Shown piece by piece: positions 11,006 through 23,829 of a stretch of DNA of 64,000 bases; the first letter of the stretch is position 1, and the number at the start of each line of letters is the position of its first letter. The position numbers and the translations under genes are program-made. The notes beneath the pieces are model-generated. The model saw only the letters and a program-made list of their open reading frames with translations. It was not told where the DNA came from and did no database searches. The DNA is taken from positions 1-64,000 of the forward strand of contig RBZT01000656.1 of the NCBI GenBank assembly GCA_003693705.1, in the 5' to 3' direction. This DNA comes from Polymyxa betae A26-41 (lineage: Eukaryota; Protista; Endomyxa: Phytomyxea).

Positions 11006-13167
11006 ATGAGTGCCCGAACAAAGGCCGCCGCTAAGACAGAAAGTGTTAAAGTCGCTGTTCGTGTTAGGCCTTTCAATGCGGTTGAAAAATCATTGAATGC
11101 CCTTAATATTGTCAGAGTGCATGGGCACCAGATTATTATAGATAGACCGAATAACGAACAGAAACAAAAATCGTTTGCATTCGATTATGTCTATCCAGCT
11201 GATGTTGGACAAGTTGCTGTATTTGATGAAGTCGCCCGACCCATAGTGGATAGTGTTCTCAATGGCTATAACGGAACCATTTTTGCATATGGTCAAACTG
11301 GCACAGGTTTGCCGAATAATCATTCAAGATTTTAGCAAACTCGGTAATGTGCTTCTCAGGTAAAACATACACTATGGAGGGTGACGTCGATGATGAAAAC
11401 GAGCGTGGTATAATGCCCAATACATTCCATCATGTGTTTCGAGAAATTGAGCAAGCCAGCAAAAATATCGAATATCTAGTTCGCGTCTCTTTTATCGAAA
11501 TTTACAATGACGATGTTTTCGATTTGCTGAACCCGGATAAAGCGAAATGCTATTTGAAAGAGGTGCAAGGGGGGTTTCAAGTTCGAGATCTGACAACAGT
11601 AACTGTGAATTCTGCAGCCGACACAATGAAAACGCTAAGAATGGGTCAAAAGAATCGATCTGTCGGAGCTACGAAAATGAACCCAGGATCATCACGATCG
11701 CATTCCATATTCACGCTCACTATCGATCAATGCGAACGCAACGGCGACGAAACCCATTATCGAGCTGGAAAATTGAATATGGTCGATCTAGCAGGCAGTG
11801 AGCGTCAGAAGAAAACAGAAGCTACTGGAGATCGACTGCAAGAGGCAAAAAATATCAATTTGTCCCTATCTGCACTTGGCAACGTTATCAATGCTCTCGT
11901 CAAACCTAAATCAGGACACATCCCATTTCGAGACTCAAAACTAACAAGGCTCTTGCAGGATTCATTGGGCGGCAATACTAAGACGGTGATGATTGCAGCT
12001 ATAGGGCCAGCTGAATCTAGTCTCGAGGAAACAATCTCAACACTTAGGTATGCTCATCGAGCAAAAGGCATCATGAACATTCCGGTTGTCAATGAAGATC
12101 CAAAGGATGCTATCTTAAGGCAGTACCAAGAAGAAATTGAAATTTTAAAGAGACAATTGGACGAGAAACGCCAAACCCTAGTAGAGGAACAAGTAGTTGA
12201 AAAAGTGGTGTTTCAACATGTAATGTCGGAAGGGGAAAAGGCCGAATTAGAGAGACAAACAAGAGATGAGCTAGAAAGGTTTGCATCGCTTCACGAAGAG
12301 GAGAAGCAAAAAATTTTAACAAGCAAGAGTGAAGCAGAGCAGGCCGCTTTGAAGTTTGAAATGGAGCTTAAACAGAGTTACGAGCAATCACTGAAAGAAA
12401 AGCAAGAGATAGCTCGACTTGAGGACAAACTTCGTGCAAAGGAAGTCAAGCTTCTTGTTGGTGGACAGGAATTCAAAGCAGCCGAAGAGCAACATAGAAA
12501 ACTTATGGAAACCGAGGAGAGACTCCAAGAGCAGCTTAAGAAAGAGCGAGAGCTCCAAGCTCATCTGGAAGAAGCCGAAGAGGCTGAGCTCTACATAAAC
12601 GAACAGTATTCCAGCCGACAGGAAGAGCTGGAAAAAAAGACAAAGAAACTCAAAAGTCTATACGCTAAATACCAGGAGAAGAAGGAGGATTTGAAGGACA
12701 TTCAAAGCGAATTTGATCTAGAGAGCGAAGATCTGATGGAATCTATTCGTGATTTGACAGCTCAACTTACAATCAAGAACAGCATCATTAACGAACTTGT
12801 GACTGCTGCGCATCGGGCAATTATCGAAACCAGATGCCACTGGGATCCATACACAGAAGAATGGACGATCTCATGCATCGACTACGCTGGTAATAATCTT
12901 CAGACCATTCCAGGACAAAACACCTCCGGGAAAGGTCACAGAAGGTTATCAACAGCTGAAAGAATCGCTGCTCTCCTGGACAAAGATGCTCGCAACGGGG
13001 GACTTCTCGTTGCGGGGAATAAGAATGGATCTGTCAACAATGCTGCTTTGAAAACAGCATTACAGAATTTAAAATCGCCGCCTGATCTATCATCGGCTTA
13101 CTTCACGTATAGCGGCGCAAGGCTGAAGACGAAGAAGACAAGAGTAAAAAGTGGGAAAAGGAGGTAA
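11006..13167 (+). CDS. KIF3A: Kinesin-2 motor subunit, KIF3A/FLA10-like; one intron
   Basis: Motifs AYGQTGTG|KT, SSRSH, DLAGSE and VNEDPKDA, then coiled coil. The tail HWDPYTEEWTISCIDYAGNN matches the KIF3A tail motif. Confidence 0.88.
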
Positions 13168-13259
13168 TAATTTCAATAAATAAAACCGACACCAGAATAA
13201 AATCGCAACTTCGACATGCTTGTAAATAATTAGAACAATCTTTAATTACTACCCCCAGC

Positions 13260-13961
13260 TCATGGAGTGTTCCCAGAATTTGAGGACGGTGGAGCGCCAG
13301 CTTGCCTTGACGACCCCATTATCAGAAACACCATAATTCCAGTAATAATGCCAAGCTTCTGCCTCCTTGGGACACTGGGCTGCCAAAGCCAAATTATTGA
13401 GACGTAACCGAGACAGGCCCCGAATATAAAGCCTATACAAGCCATAAGCAATCATGAGAGGCAGCAATTCACAGGCATACCCCAAATGAAATCTTGCTGA
13501 TCACCTTCTCTTACAGGCATCGATTCCACATCATATCCATCAATATCGATGACAGCGTCTTCCCTTTCACTGAGCAGGATAGCCAGTCTACGATCAGACT
13601 CTTCCACCGACTCGTCCATATCAATCGTGGTTGATTCTGGTTGGACAATTACAGCGGCTGGGCTAGAAACCTTATTAGAGATGGAGACATGAAGAAATGG
13701 CGACTTATTTAGGCCACAATCCCCAAGCATTTGGTTCTCGTCGGACAGCAGCTTCCCACAATGAATAATCCGAATATTCTTCCCGAAATGGTCAGGAAAT
13801 GTTGTCTGCTTGAACTGACGAATTGTCATATCAGCAGGAACCGAAACGGTCCTTTTCGGATTCGATCCTTCGAGAATAGTGACTGATAAATTCGAATCCT
13901 CATCTCTTGCTGGGACCGGTTCGTAAGCACCACGTTCGTTATCTGAGCGTGTATCGGCCAT
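13260..13961 (-). CDS. Ubiquitin-like domain membrane protein (Dsc3/DUF2407-like)
   Basis: N-terminal UBL (IRIIHCGKLL...FLHVSIS). After an intron the C-terminus reads GDQQDFIWG|FIFGACLGYVSIIWLW...KLGIITGI. Confidence 0.65.
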
Positions 13962-14299
13962 GACCGCAATGCCCAACCAGAGATATTAACAAAAATGGAC
14001 AATGAGTCACGTCCAATTCAGCAGGCAGACGTCAGTCGGAACAACTGGATAAGAAAGACGCCAATGGAGACTCGGTCAAGCGCCTTTCGCAGCAGTCACG
14101 TTCGAATTGAGGTCATATCACTGCACTGACTGCATGGGGGGTCTATTCAATTATCCGAGACGCCGCACTTTTCAAAATCGTGTTTTGTTGATAAATGAGA
14201 AGGGCCTTATGATGCTCTATGTCTATGCTTGTCTGTGGCTTTGTTGATAGCTTCCGCTGGATGAGGGCTGATTTAGCAACGAATTCAGACAGCGGTACC

Positions 14300-17200
14300 A
14301 GGAGATGTCGTCGATCCGATACCGGCATGTCACAGGGAGATCTGAGCAAATCGTTCGCAGGTGACAATTCGGGGATCTGCAAGGATGTCTGTCACCTCGA
14401 TCGAATCGTCAACGATTCAAAGCTCAGTGAATCAGAAAGATGAAGAAACCAATGCGTTTTTTGAAATGGACGCAGCGGAAGCTATGGAGAAAATTTCCCT
14501 GAAACTTCTTGATTTATCGTATACGCTTTCCCTAGAATCGTTTCTACCGTTTTGGTAGGCCAATGATTAGCCCGTTAATCCAGGGATAGGCTTCTCACCC
14601 ATTTAGGTTTGTCATGTTCACGATGGTAATTGAGCTCATGCAGCAGCTGAATGTGATATTCCCAAGTAATGGGGTCCCTCCAGCGATACCATGGGGTCTT
14701 CCCTACACAGACTGGATCCGGGCATGGACCGAAGTTGTCTCACGAGGAATTTTCACTGCGATTTTTGGAAGCGCCAATTCGATTGCTGCACTTGTACGGC
14801 TTTCTCTCGTCCTGTATATGGACCTGACTTTCATAGTGTCTCGTCTTTGCATTATATGCCGGCGCCGGGTTAATCTCGTTCGTTCTTTCCCGAGGCGAAA
14901 ACCCGAGCATTTTCTTGATTCGGGTTATCGCAATTGCCGCTAAACTAATGACAACCACGCTCTACATTCCGATTCTGTTGCTTATTATCGATTTGATAAC
15001 GTCAGGCTCGGTGGTTTTTATCATATGCGGCATCGTTTTCGCTATCTTGCACGTATTTGCGGCTGCGCTGACCACCGCTGCTATCAACGATATTCAGATG
15101 TAAGGGAACGCCAAGTTGAGCTCAACGACAGCGTTCTGAATGCCTGGCTAGGCTTTCAGACGACCCTACATCTCGTATTCATTGCAGGTTTCAAGCGATG
15201 AGCTTGATATTTAATACGGTAAATTAAAACTTAAGTCTATCATAACTTCGCTTCAAACATCAATTCTCAGATATTGGTGATATCGGCTGCTCTGTTTCAG
15301 AACTTTCTTGGCATATTCGTCCTTATTAACACGATTGCTGCGCTCTATGTGGCGTTGAACTATACGAAATACTGCCCATTCAATGCCGAAATTCTGAACT
15401 ACACACAGTGCGGTTTATCATGGACTTGCGCTTGGTCTATGTCTGCTGGTACAATTTCGGACAGAACCATGACGGGTTGTGCTCATTGCGGTATCAGCAT
15501 TGGTGTCGGTTGTGCAAAACGATAGCGCGACCAGCGGCCCGACTTTTATCGTTTTCGGCGGAGCTCCAATTGTCTTCGTTGCTGGGGCTCTAGCAAGCCA
15601 ATTACGATTAAAGGCTATCAATGCCCGTCCCGATACCGATTTAGGAAACCCTTATGAAATTGAACGGAAGGTGAGGAGAATGTATATTTGTGGACATTGA
15701 CATTAGCCATTAACAGATGTTTAGGTGAGGCGTATTCTCCGACAAGGGTTTCGAACTTCTTTCGTTGACAAGTCAAATGTCAGCAAGAAACTGGTCATAT
15801 CTTCCTGACTCGATTAGGTGAATTTGTTCAATGTGGTTTAGGATGAGGATGATGATGATAAACTGCAAACTGAGGCATTGATTCGAGTCCGACGTATCCT
15901 TAAACATGCGATGATCGTCCATCCCGAATCTAGTCTACTGCCGTTGCTTTCCGGATTGTTATATTTTAACTTCTTCCGTATCAATTTCGTTGGCTATGAT
16001 TATTTGAGACAAGCTGAGAAAATCGAGCTTGCATTCGATATGCGCATTCTGCTCTTCAGATTGCAACGTGATAACGAACGTAAAATTCTTTTGGATGAAG
16101 GTAGAAATTAACGTCGGACACATTCCAACAATAGTTTCAAACCTTGAGTTTTGTTCAGCGAATCGGGATGTGGTGGAATTCAATCGATACAATGAGCTGC
16201 TCAGCAAGGCGCAAGACTACGATTTATCATTGACGAAAGCGTTGGTTTCGTTTTGGGATGAACTGTCTGAGCAAACTCCCGATATTAAGCTCTTGCGAAA
16301 TCTGTCAGTTACTGTCAGTCAGGACTCAGTTCAAGCATTGACTTTATACCAACAAGCCCTAAAGGTAGCGTATTTGGTACAACTTTGCTTTTGTTGGCAT
16401 TTCTAACAATTGCGGTCTAGATTCATGGGGATTCTGCATTTGTTCTGAAGACGTATGCTGGTTTGCTGTCATGTTTGTTGCAAGATTCAACTGAGGTACC
16501 TCTATTCAAAGTATTGCCTTTATCTCCCTTTAGTTAAACTTGCAATAGTCGAACCGATTACTGGCACGTACAAAGGAAATTGAGATGCGTAGGAAAAGCA
16601 GCTCAGGGCGTAAAGAGGACACTTTTCGCAGTGTCTTATTTTCTGACCACAGGCAACCGGTTTTCGCTTTAAAAAACAGCCGAACTGATAGTTGCTGCTG
16701 AATAGTTCTGTCATTGTAATGTCGGGAAGCGAGAGTAATCTCGGAGAAATCCTCTCTGTAAACGCCTTTGCGCCGCAAATGTTTGGTATTCCTGAATCCA
16801 ACATGGTTGGTACCAATATCTGCACGTTGATGCCGGAACCGTTTTCGAGTCTCCATGACGAGATCGTTCGACAGAATCTTGTTTCTGGAAAGAATTCTTT
16901 TATCAATCAAAGGTATTGCAGGCTGGTTTCTCCGGGCATTCATTAATTTTCTATGCAGACGTAACGTCCCAATCCTGCATCACTCGGGTTATATTCTTGA
17001 CACCATATTGCACGTGAAACTATTCATTCGTGATTTAACCACTCTGTGCATGATTGGTGTATTTGAGGTCGTGAACGAGGATCAAATTCAGCTTGTTGTC
17101 GGTCAGGCCCAGATTATAAGATTGAGCTGTTACTCGCTAATGGTTGATATTGCAGATTCCCGACGTGTAATAGGGGCGGTATCTTTTACGGCCGTCCAAC

Positions 17201-20200
17201 AACTTGGCCTCAGTCAAACTGATGTCAACAGCAATCTTCTATCGATTGACACTCTGTTCACTGATTATTCTGCCAAGCGAGCAATTATTCTATCCAACAA
17301 ATCCCGTGATCGCCAATGGACAGAAATCGTCCAGGTAGTCAGGTTTCGTATCTACCGCCATTCTCGATGTTTTAAGACGCAATTAGGTTATTGGCGAGAC
17401 TCGCTATCGCTTAAACGTCTCCTTGGAAGTTTATTTACTCACTGGCGGTGAATATGCTGATGTGATCCGAATATCCATCTTAGAACAAGAGGCTGCCTCC
17501 AATCACGATAATTGGAGTATGTTGTTTTCGAAGGATTTTTATAATTGCTAGCAGAGCAATTGCTTTTCTAAATGTCGACCGATACTTTAGCTCAACTATA
17601 CTTGTTCAGGTTCGGCTGCAGTCCATCTTGAAGAGCGTATTGGCGCTGTATCGAACGTCAGACGTCGTGCTGCTGCTGCACACAGGTCCGAATCTATCGC
17701 TGGGTCGTCTGTTCCTGATCACGAAATGGCTCGTAAAGCTGTCGATAATCGCTCCAGACAGACCGGATCTGTTCCGACATATTCAGAATCAAGCAGAAGC
17801 TCAGGTACATTTTTTTTTTCATGAAACAATTCGTCAGTGTTAGTATTAAGAGTTCTCCAAGGGGCTAGTTCATCGCAGCAGTACGAAATGGCCAAACGGC
17901 GGGTCTGTACAGCATCTTTTTGTTGATTTCTGAACAACGTACTTACTTTGTTGATAGGATCAACTTACCGTATCGTGGCTGCGGCGATCCATCCAGATTA
18001 GTTTAATCTTGATCAATATTCTTGCGCTCTCTAATTACATATTTACATCCAATCTGGGTAATCAAATGGTTTCAATTCGTTACCGCTGTTGATTGGAGTT
18101 GTTTTCTACAGGAAATGCTTTCATGAAGCTTATAGATGAACAGAGGCAAAGCGTGGATAGAGAATTGCAACTGGTTACGATTGCCTTAGTATCGAGCAAA
18201 CTGGAGCTCCTCCGCAATGGTTTCATACATGATCAAACCGAAGCTGATTTGCGATCCCAATTGCATACAGCTGCCGCCACCCTGTTCACCATTAATGAAG
18301 ATCAGATATCGAATTGGTATAGTTTGCACAATGTAAATTCGTGGCTCAACATGATATATTGCTTCATAACAGGCAGTCAACAACCTCGGATATCTCTCAA
18401 CTATACGTCACTTCTCTGTCGAATACCACGACGTTTTCACTTCAAGACGTTTTGGCTGCTTTCTCTAGCAAGGCTGAACAGATCATACAATTGCCATTGG
18501 CCAGCATCAATGGTTTGACTTTTATGAGGATTGCTGTCTGTATTGATTGATTCTGCCTTAGATGACAATGATCTTGTGAATTTCGTTGGATCCATTGTTC
18601 TGCAAGTTCTGGATAAAGTTACTTACATCATGACGCTTGTCGATTCAAAAATCAACGTTCAGCTTTCACAGCAAAAGCTACTGCTTTTCATGGTTGCTGT
18701 CATTTCCTTCATACTGGTCGCTTGTCTTTGTATGTATGAACTGAGGCCCGCTGTAGATAACATCTTCATGCACAGCACTCTGGTCTTTCTAAGGTTGCTC
18801 TGTCTCTGTTTTCTGCTCTATATTGTTTTAATGGTCGCTTCATTGGAAATTGAAAAAGTCCCTGGTCTCTATTGTTGTCGCTCATTGATCCGGTCGTAGG
18901 TTTTTCGATATTCCTGCTGAATGCATTAGCACTACTCTGGATCCTCTTGTTAATCGGCTGAAAAGTCTTTCGCAATCTGGAGATCAAACGACTGTTGGAA
19001 ACGTGGCACTGATGAGCCTCGAGGCCAAGATCGCGTTTGATGAAAATGATGCCGTCAAACGTGCGAACAAAGCCAAAGCCGAACGCTCGCGACATAATCG
19101 TATCCGAAACGTGGTTTTAGCAAATCAGAGCAAAATGGTGCAGGATTCTGGCTTGATCTCCAAAGTATTTTAGCGATGAATATCGTCTGCTTTATTTCCT
19201 GATGTTTCGCTAGGTGTTTGTGATGATTTTCATCTACCTGGTTTATTTTTCTATAAATACTGGCTTAGAGATCCAGTTCACATCAAATCAAGACTCGTTT
19301 AATTTTGACATTCAGCGGTAAGTGAAAATCTTGCTCACGATGTCGTTAAGTTTTCTGTGATAGGGCTGGCCGTTTGCACATGCAACAGCGCCGCGCTCTT
19401 CTGGTCCTTGCAGAATATGTTCAAGATCCACTGCAATTGTCCTACGACGATGTCCAAGCCGATTTTCACGAGTTTTTCAATACGTTTGATGGGGTGAACC
19501 ACTTTCGTTCATGGTACTTCTGAACTAAAACCTTTCTTTACAACAGCTTCTATTTGGCGACGGCACAACTTCCGGGATTTACTCGAATTCAATTTACAGT
19601 TCCATTTTGTTTGGCAATCTCTGCGATAATATTAACGCCAAGGATTGTAGTACATTTGCGAGTGCTGCCAGTACGCTTGGCTTGCAGATGCTAATAACAT
19701 CATATCGAACCTCGTAAGCATCTGTGAAGATGATTGCATCTAGGCGATGTTTAACTGGTTCATAGCCTTACTGAAGCGCTGCGTACATTTCAAGACTCAT
19801 TGCAGTCTTTGCCTGATCCGACTTCTCAATCGGCTCTGTCTGCGTTGACTAGCTCGACATTGCAGTCTGACGTATTCCAGAGACTATGGCGAGCTGATAA
19901 CGAGTTTCTCCATCCGACTCTGAGCCGTTTAGCCAGTATGCGCTCGGTATTACATTATATCCTTCTCTACTCTCTATCTGACATGTCATTTCAGCAAGAC
20001 ATAAGTGATCAAACAACTACAATCAAAGACTTTGCAGTCATCTTATTAGTTGGCATTTTCTTCACAAACTGCTTAGTATATGCTGCTTTCTGTGTTCCGT
20101 TTCTGCAGCGTTTAGTGAGGGAATTTGAACATTGTCGTGTCCTCTTACGTCTGATTCCCAATACCTTACGGTCAGTGCCACTTGTCCTCGGAATCTCGGC

Positions 20201-20396
20201 TGATCAAGACCGTTTCAGAGCGGTGAAAATCAATAGCGACGAAGCCGGCTCTCCGGAAAATGAAGGTGGAGCGCAGGTAGCTCAAGCCGAACAACGAGCT
20301 GAGGAGGTAGTATTCTTCATAGTGATTGAAGCCGTCCTTCATTTATCGTTCTTTCAAAGGCTAACCAATCTAAACGCCGGCCTATATTATTCCTAA
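14300..20396 (+). CDS. Large multi-TM PAS-domain protein, tiny-macrocysts (TmcB/TmcC)-like; many exons; may continue into the next feature
   Basis: N-terminal TM bundle, a helical region (FWDEL...ALTLYQQAL), a PAS domain GEILSVNAFAPQMFG...NICTLMPEPFSSLHD, further TM segments and C-terminal RVLLRLIP. The start is uncertain. Confidence 0.7.
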
Positions 20397-21673
20397 AGAT
20401 CAAGCGATCCGTTACTGCAATCTATGGATGCGCTTCTCGACGGCGGAAGCTCGCCTTGTCTACGATTGCAGCTGCTTCTATTCTTTTGTATTTGTTTTTT
20501 GCATATTAGCTGTCTTTACACCTTATTGCCTGTGCAGATGGTCACGTTTCTTCGACTTTTCTGATGCTCAGCAGATTTATGCAAAGGAGTACCCCATTGC
20601 TGTGGTTGTCACCATTGGGGCCTTCATATCAGCAAGTACGGCCACAGCTAGCATGCCATTGGGCCCAGCATTCTATGCTATATTCCACTCTTCGTCGCCA
20701 TTCACTATTTCTGAGACGTTGCTCTTTGGAAGTGTTACTGAACTGTTGACACGTTCCATAGCTGTCCTTTATATGATAGCGATAGGATACACAGGTGGGT
20801 GGTTCTAATAGGCGTTCCTGGTTTGCGTTGCCTTCCACCTTTTTGTCTGCGGTTTTGTGTTCCCTTCTCTGAATAGCTGTTGTTCAGTGGATTGGAAAAT
20901 GGTTGCTCTCGGAGCTGTTTCTTCTATGGTCGGCAGTAGTTTCGGGCAGTTGTTACGATATGAACAGATCATACTCGACTACCAAGTCACACTTCTTTGT
21001 GTGTCCTCGCTCATGTGCGGGATCGGAATCGCCATTGCCGTTTGTACGACCGCCTTTGGCGATTCACCTTTCACGTCCTTAAATTTCGACGGTTCTGTCA
21101 AGGTGACCTTTCAGTAACCAATGCGTTACTTAACCTCAGAAGTGTTTTAGGTCGATGTAATTGTAGTGGCGATATTTGCTGGGTTGATCAATTCCTTCGT
21201 CGGGTTCGGGTTGGCTGCAATTATGTTTGGGCTTGTGACATTATATTTCCGATTAAGCAGTCAGGTTTGAGGAGTTTTCAAGCTTGAATTCGGGCACAAA
21301 GGCTGACTTATTTCCAGATCGCAACTTCAACCGCAATTATGGTAGGCTGCCTAAACTCGGTTTTCAATATGTGTTTGAATTTCACTATCGCCAATGGATT
21401 GAAATCTCGTTTGTGGCCGCTCTTATTGGCGCTCTGGCCGTTCCTTGTCCTTGGCGGTTGCGCTGGTACATACACATTTTGTTGTATGAGCGCCACCACA
21501 GTTCGGCATTCATTCTACACAGCGCTAGTCGTGCGATTCTTTTTGGTCATAGTTCTATACTCGGCGTCTTCGAGCATCTTCATCTTTATCATGATCTCCT
21601 CCGCAGTCATGATCACCGCCATGTTCGTCGTACTAGGCGTGGGTGGCTATATTCGTACGGTATCTACAACTAA
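20360..21673 (+). CDS. TauE/SafE (TSUP) sulfite-exporter-like permease region
   Basis: Two hydrophobic repeats of 4-5 TM helices: TIGAFISASTA..GPAFYAIF and AIFAGLINSFVGFGLAAIMFGLVTLYFRL..IATSTAIMV. Confidence 0.55.
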
Positions 21674-21798
21674 TTAGAGAGCACGTTAATTTGCTAGGAT
21701 ATATTTTTATCGACAATAAACCTATTGCAATCCTTTCACAACAATTGCATGAGGTGTCCCACTTACTGCGCTGCATTGCGGTGTCGTTCTGTCACATC

Positions 21799-22544
21799 AT
21801 GGTCTATCGTCGTTGTCTTCATTCACTTTTCAACCCAGCCGCCTCTGGCTCCATTGGCATCTCGCAGCTTGCCAATGAACGGAAGTACCTAGAGAGACTA
21901 TCGCAGTCGCCGATCTTTGTCAAGAATCACGCCAGTCCCACCGCTATTCACGATAGGGACCTGCGCTATGAAGAACTGCTGACGAAAGCGGTGACCATAG
22001 CACCTCGAAATTCCTCAGATCCGATCGTCAACTCTGAAGCTTGGACCGTGTTCCAGTATAAAGCCTGGGAATTATTCAGCTCTTGTGTGCCTGATGGGTG
22101 TTTAGGTCGCTGAGAAAGCATGGCCGTTTGACAGTTTGGGCGTGCAACAAAATCTTAAAATACGACGCCGATTATGGTGGGAACAATTATCAACAAATTG
22201 TTGACTGCATGATCGAACACGGTGTCAAACCGGATGTCCATTTTTATAACTTTCTACTTGCTCAGGGTGACCGGTTTACAGAGTTACTTCGTGATGTCAA
22301 AATTGTCCCAAATCGCTCGACGTTTTTGATTCAACTCGAAGCAGCATCTCTGCAAAGAAACCTTGCCAAAGCACTTTCGATTTTCGACGAAATTTGTGCT
22401 CGAGGAATTGTTCTCGACGATGACGATCTGGTTTTCCGCCTGATGAAGAAATGCGCCAGGAGCGAAGCCGACCTTCGACATTTGCGAGGAGCAGCATTGC
22501 GTCATGGCTATGACGGCGTCAAGTGGCTTCGGAAGACGAAATAA
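21799..22544 (+). CDS. Short pentatricopeptide-repeat (PPR)-like protein, probably mitochondrial
   Basis: PPR-like segments MIEHGVKPDVHFYNFLL and IVPNRSTF...ALSIFDEICARGI, with an Arg-rich N-terminus. Confidence 0.65.
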
Positions 22545-22576
22545 AAGCAGCTACATTGTATTATCAGTGTTAGGTC

Positions 22577-23077
22577 TCATCTTGATTGGTACAGTGTTGA
22601 GTATATCGAATCAATCTCGTGTTGAAGCCCTCTATTTGGTAGAAAGCTCTTCCGTGCAGCTCGCTCATGCCGGGCAGCAACTGCCCGGCTTTTCTTCGCT
22701 TGAAACTCTTCGCTCTGCCGCCTGAGCTGTCGAGCGCGTTCTTTTGCGGCCGATGGGCTGATTTCATCGGCATCAACTGCATTCCTGAACTCCTCGTCTG
22801 TTTCATATAGCGCCAGAAGAAGGCGATCTTCGTGCACTCGCTTGTAGGCTTGCCTTAAGATTGCCTCGCTCATGACGGGTGCGCTGTCCATGAAATACCT
22901 GGATGGTCGATCTGCAACAGCAACATTGATGTAATACTGCTCGCGAGCCAGCTCAATTCTCTCGATCGTTGACAATCTTCGCAGCGGTAGCCGATTTTTC
23001 CGAAGCGAGCTGTTCTCTTTCAGTTGCATTCCTGGTTCTAATCGCGGTGGCGAACTTGGTATGACTTCATCCTCCAT
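22577..23077 (-). CDS. Hypothetical protein (166 aa, helical/charged)
   Basis: Single ATG-initiated ORF with protein-like composition. No family recognised. Confidence 0.6.
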   Translation of the reverse strand: MEDEVIPSSPPRLEPGMQLKENSSLRKNRLPLRRLSTIERIELAREQYYINVAVADRPSRYFMDSAPVMSEAILRQAYKRVHEDRLLLALYETDEEFRNAVDADEISPSAAKERARQLRRQSEEFQAKKSRAVAARHERAARKSFLPNRGLQHEIDSIYSTLYQSR

Positions 23078-23829
23078 CGTTGAATTAAGAAGTTCGTTCT
23101 CGTTTAGAAATATCGTTTAGGGATGAGCCGGTTTCCGTCACATTGGTCGTCACAGTTGATACAATGATGCCCCGATCCGGATCCTGCCAAAACTGCTCCT
23201 GCCTACCGGTCCGTCTCAGAGCAATTCAGGCTCATCATTGTCAATACTCGTTTGTATTCAACATAAATGGGACAAAGCCCGAATATCCAATCTGAGCCAA
23301 TTATTACTTACAGTTAGCTTTCAGTACATCGTATCGTTCTATTTAATAAAGCTCTTCATCTCACTGCAACTGTTTCTAGTTCCTGCATCTTTCCGATTTA
23401 TTCTTAGCTCTAACTCAAAATCCATCAACCCAGCCCAGAGCCTTTGCCAAGCAGCTCCGCTCGGCCCAAAGGTTCTCAAATCGCGCGATCATTACTCGAT
23501 CTCTCTCTTCAGCTGATTCCTTGGCCCTATTCACGATCTCTCTCTTCAGCTGGGGTCCTGGGCCCTACATTTCACCCCATCCCTTGCCACAAGGGTCTCT
23601 TTCTGGTTCTACACTCCAAATTCGTTACATCTAATTTCACTTTTCGGTGACCTTCCTGGTCTTCATATTTGCTTTTGACAGGGTGCCTGTCGTCATGGAG
23701 CTTGGGCTCAACGACGAGACAGATCGAAGAAGTGCTAGATCAGCGATGAGGCAGAACAGGCGAATTAGTTAATGGCACCCTGCTGTACCCAAGGTCGATG
23801 CAACCTTATCCGATCTTAAGGCAACTTCG

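Noticed and set aside
23497-23567. ~37-bp tandem duplication in an intergenic region
   Set aside because: A simple local duplication with no further structure.
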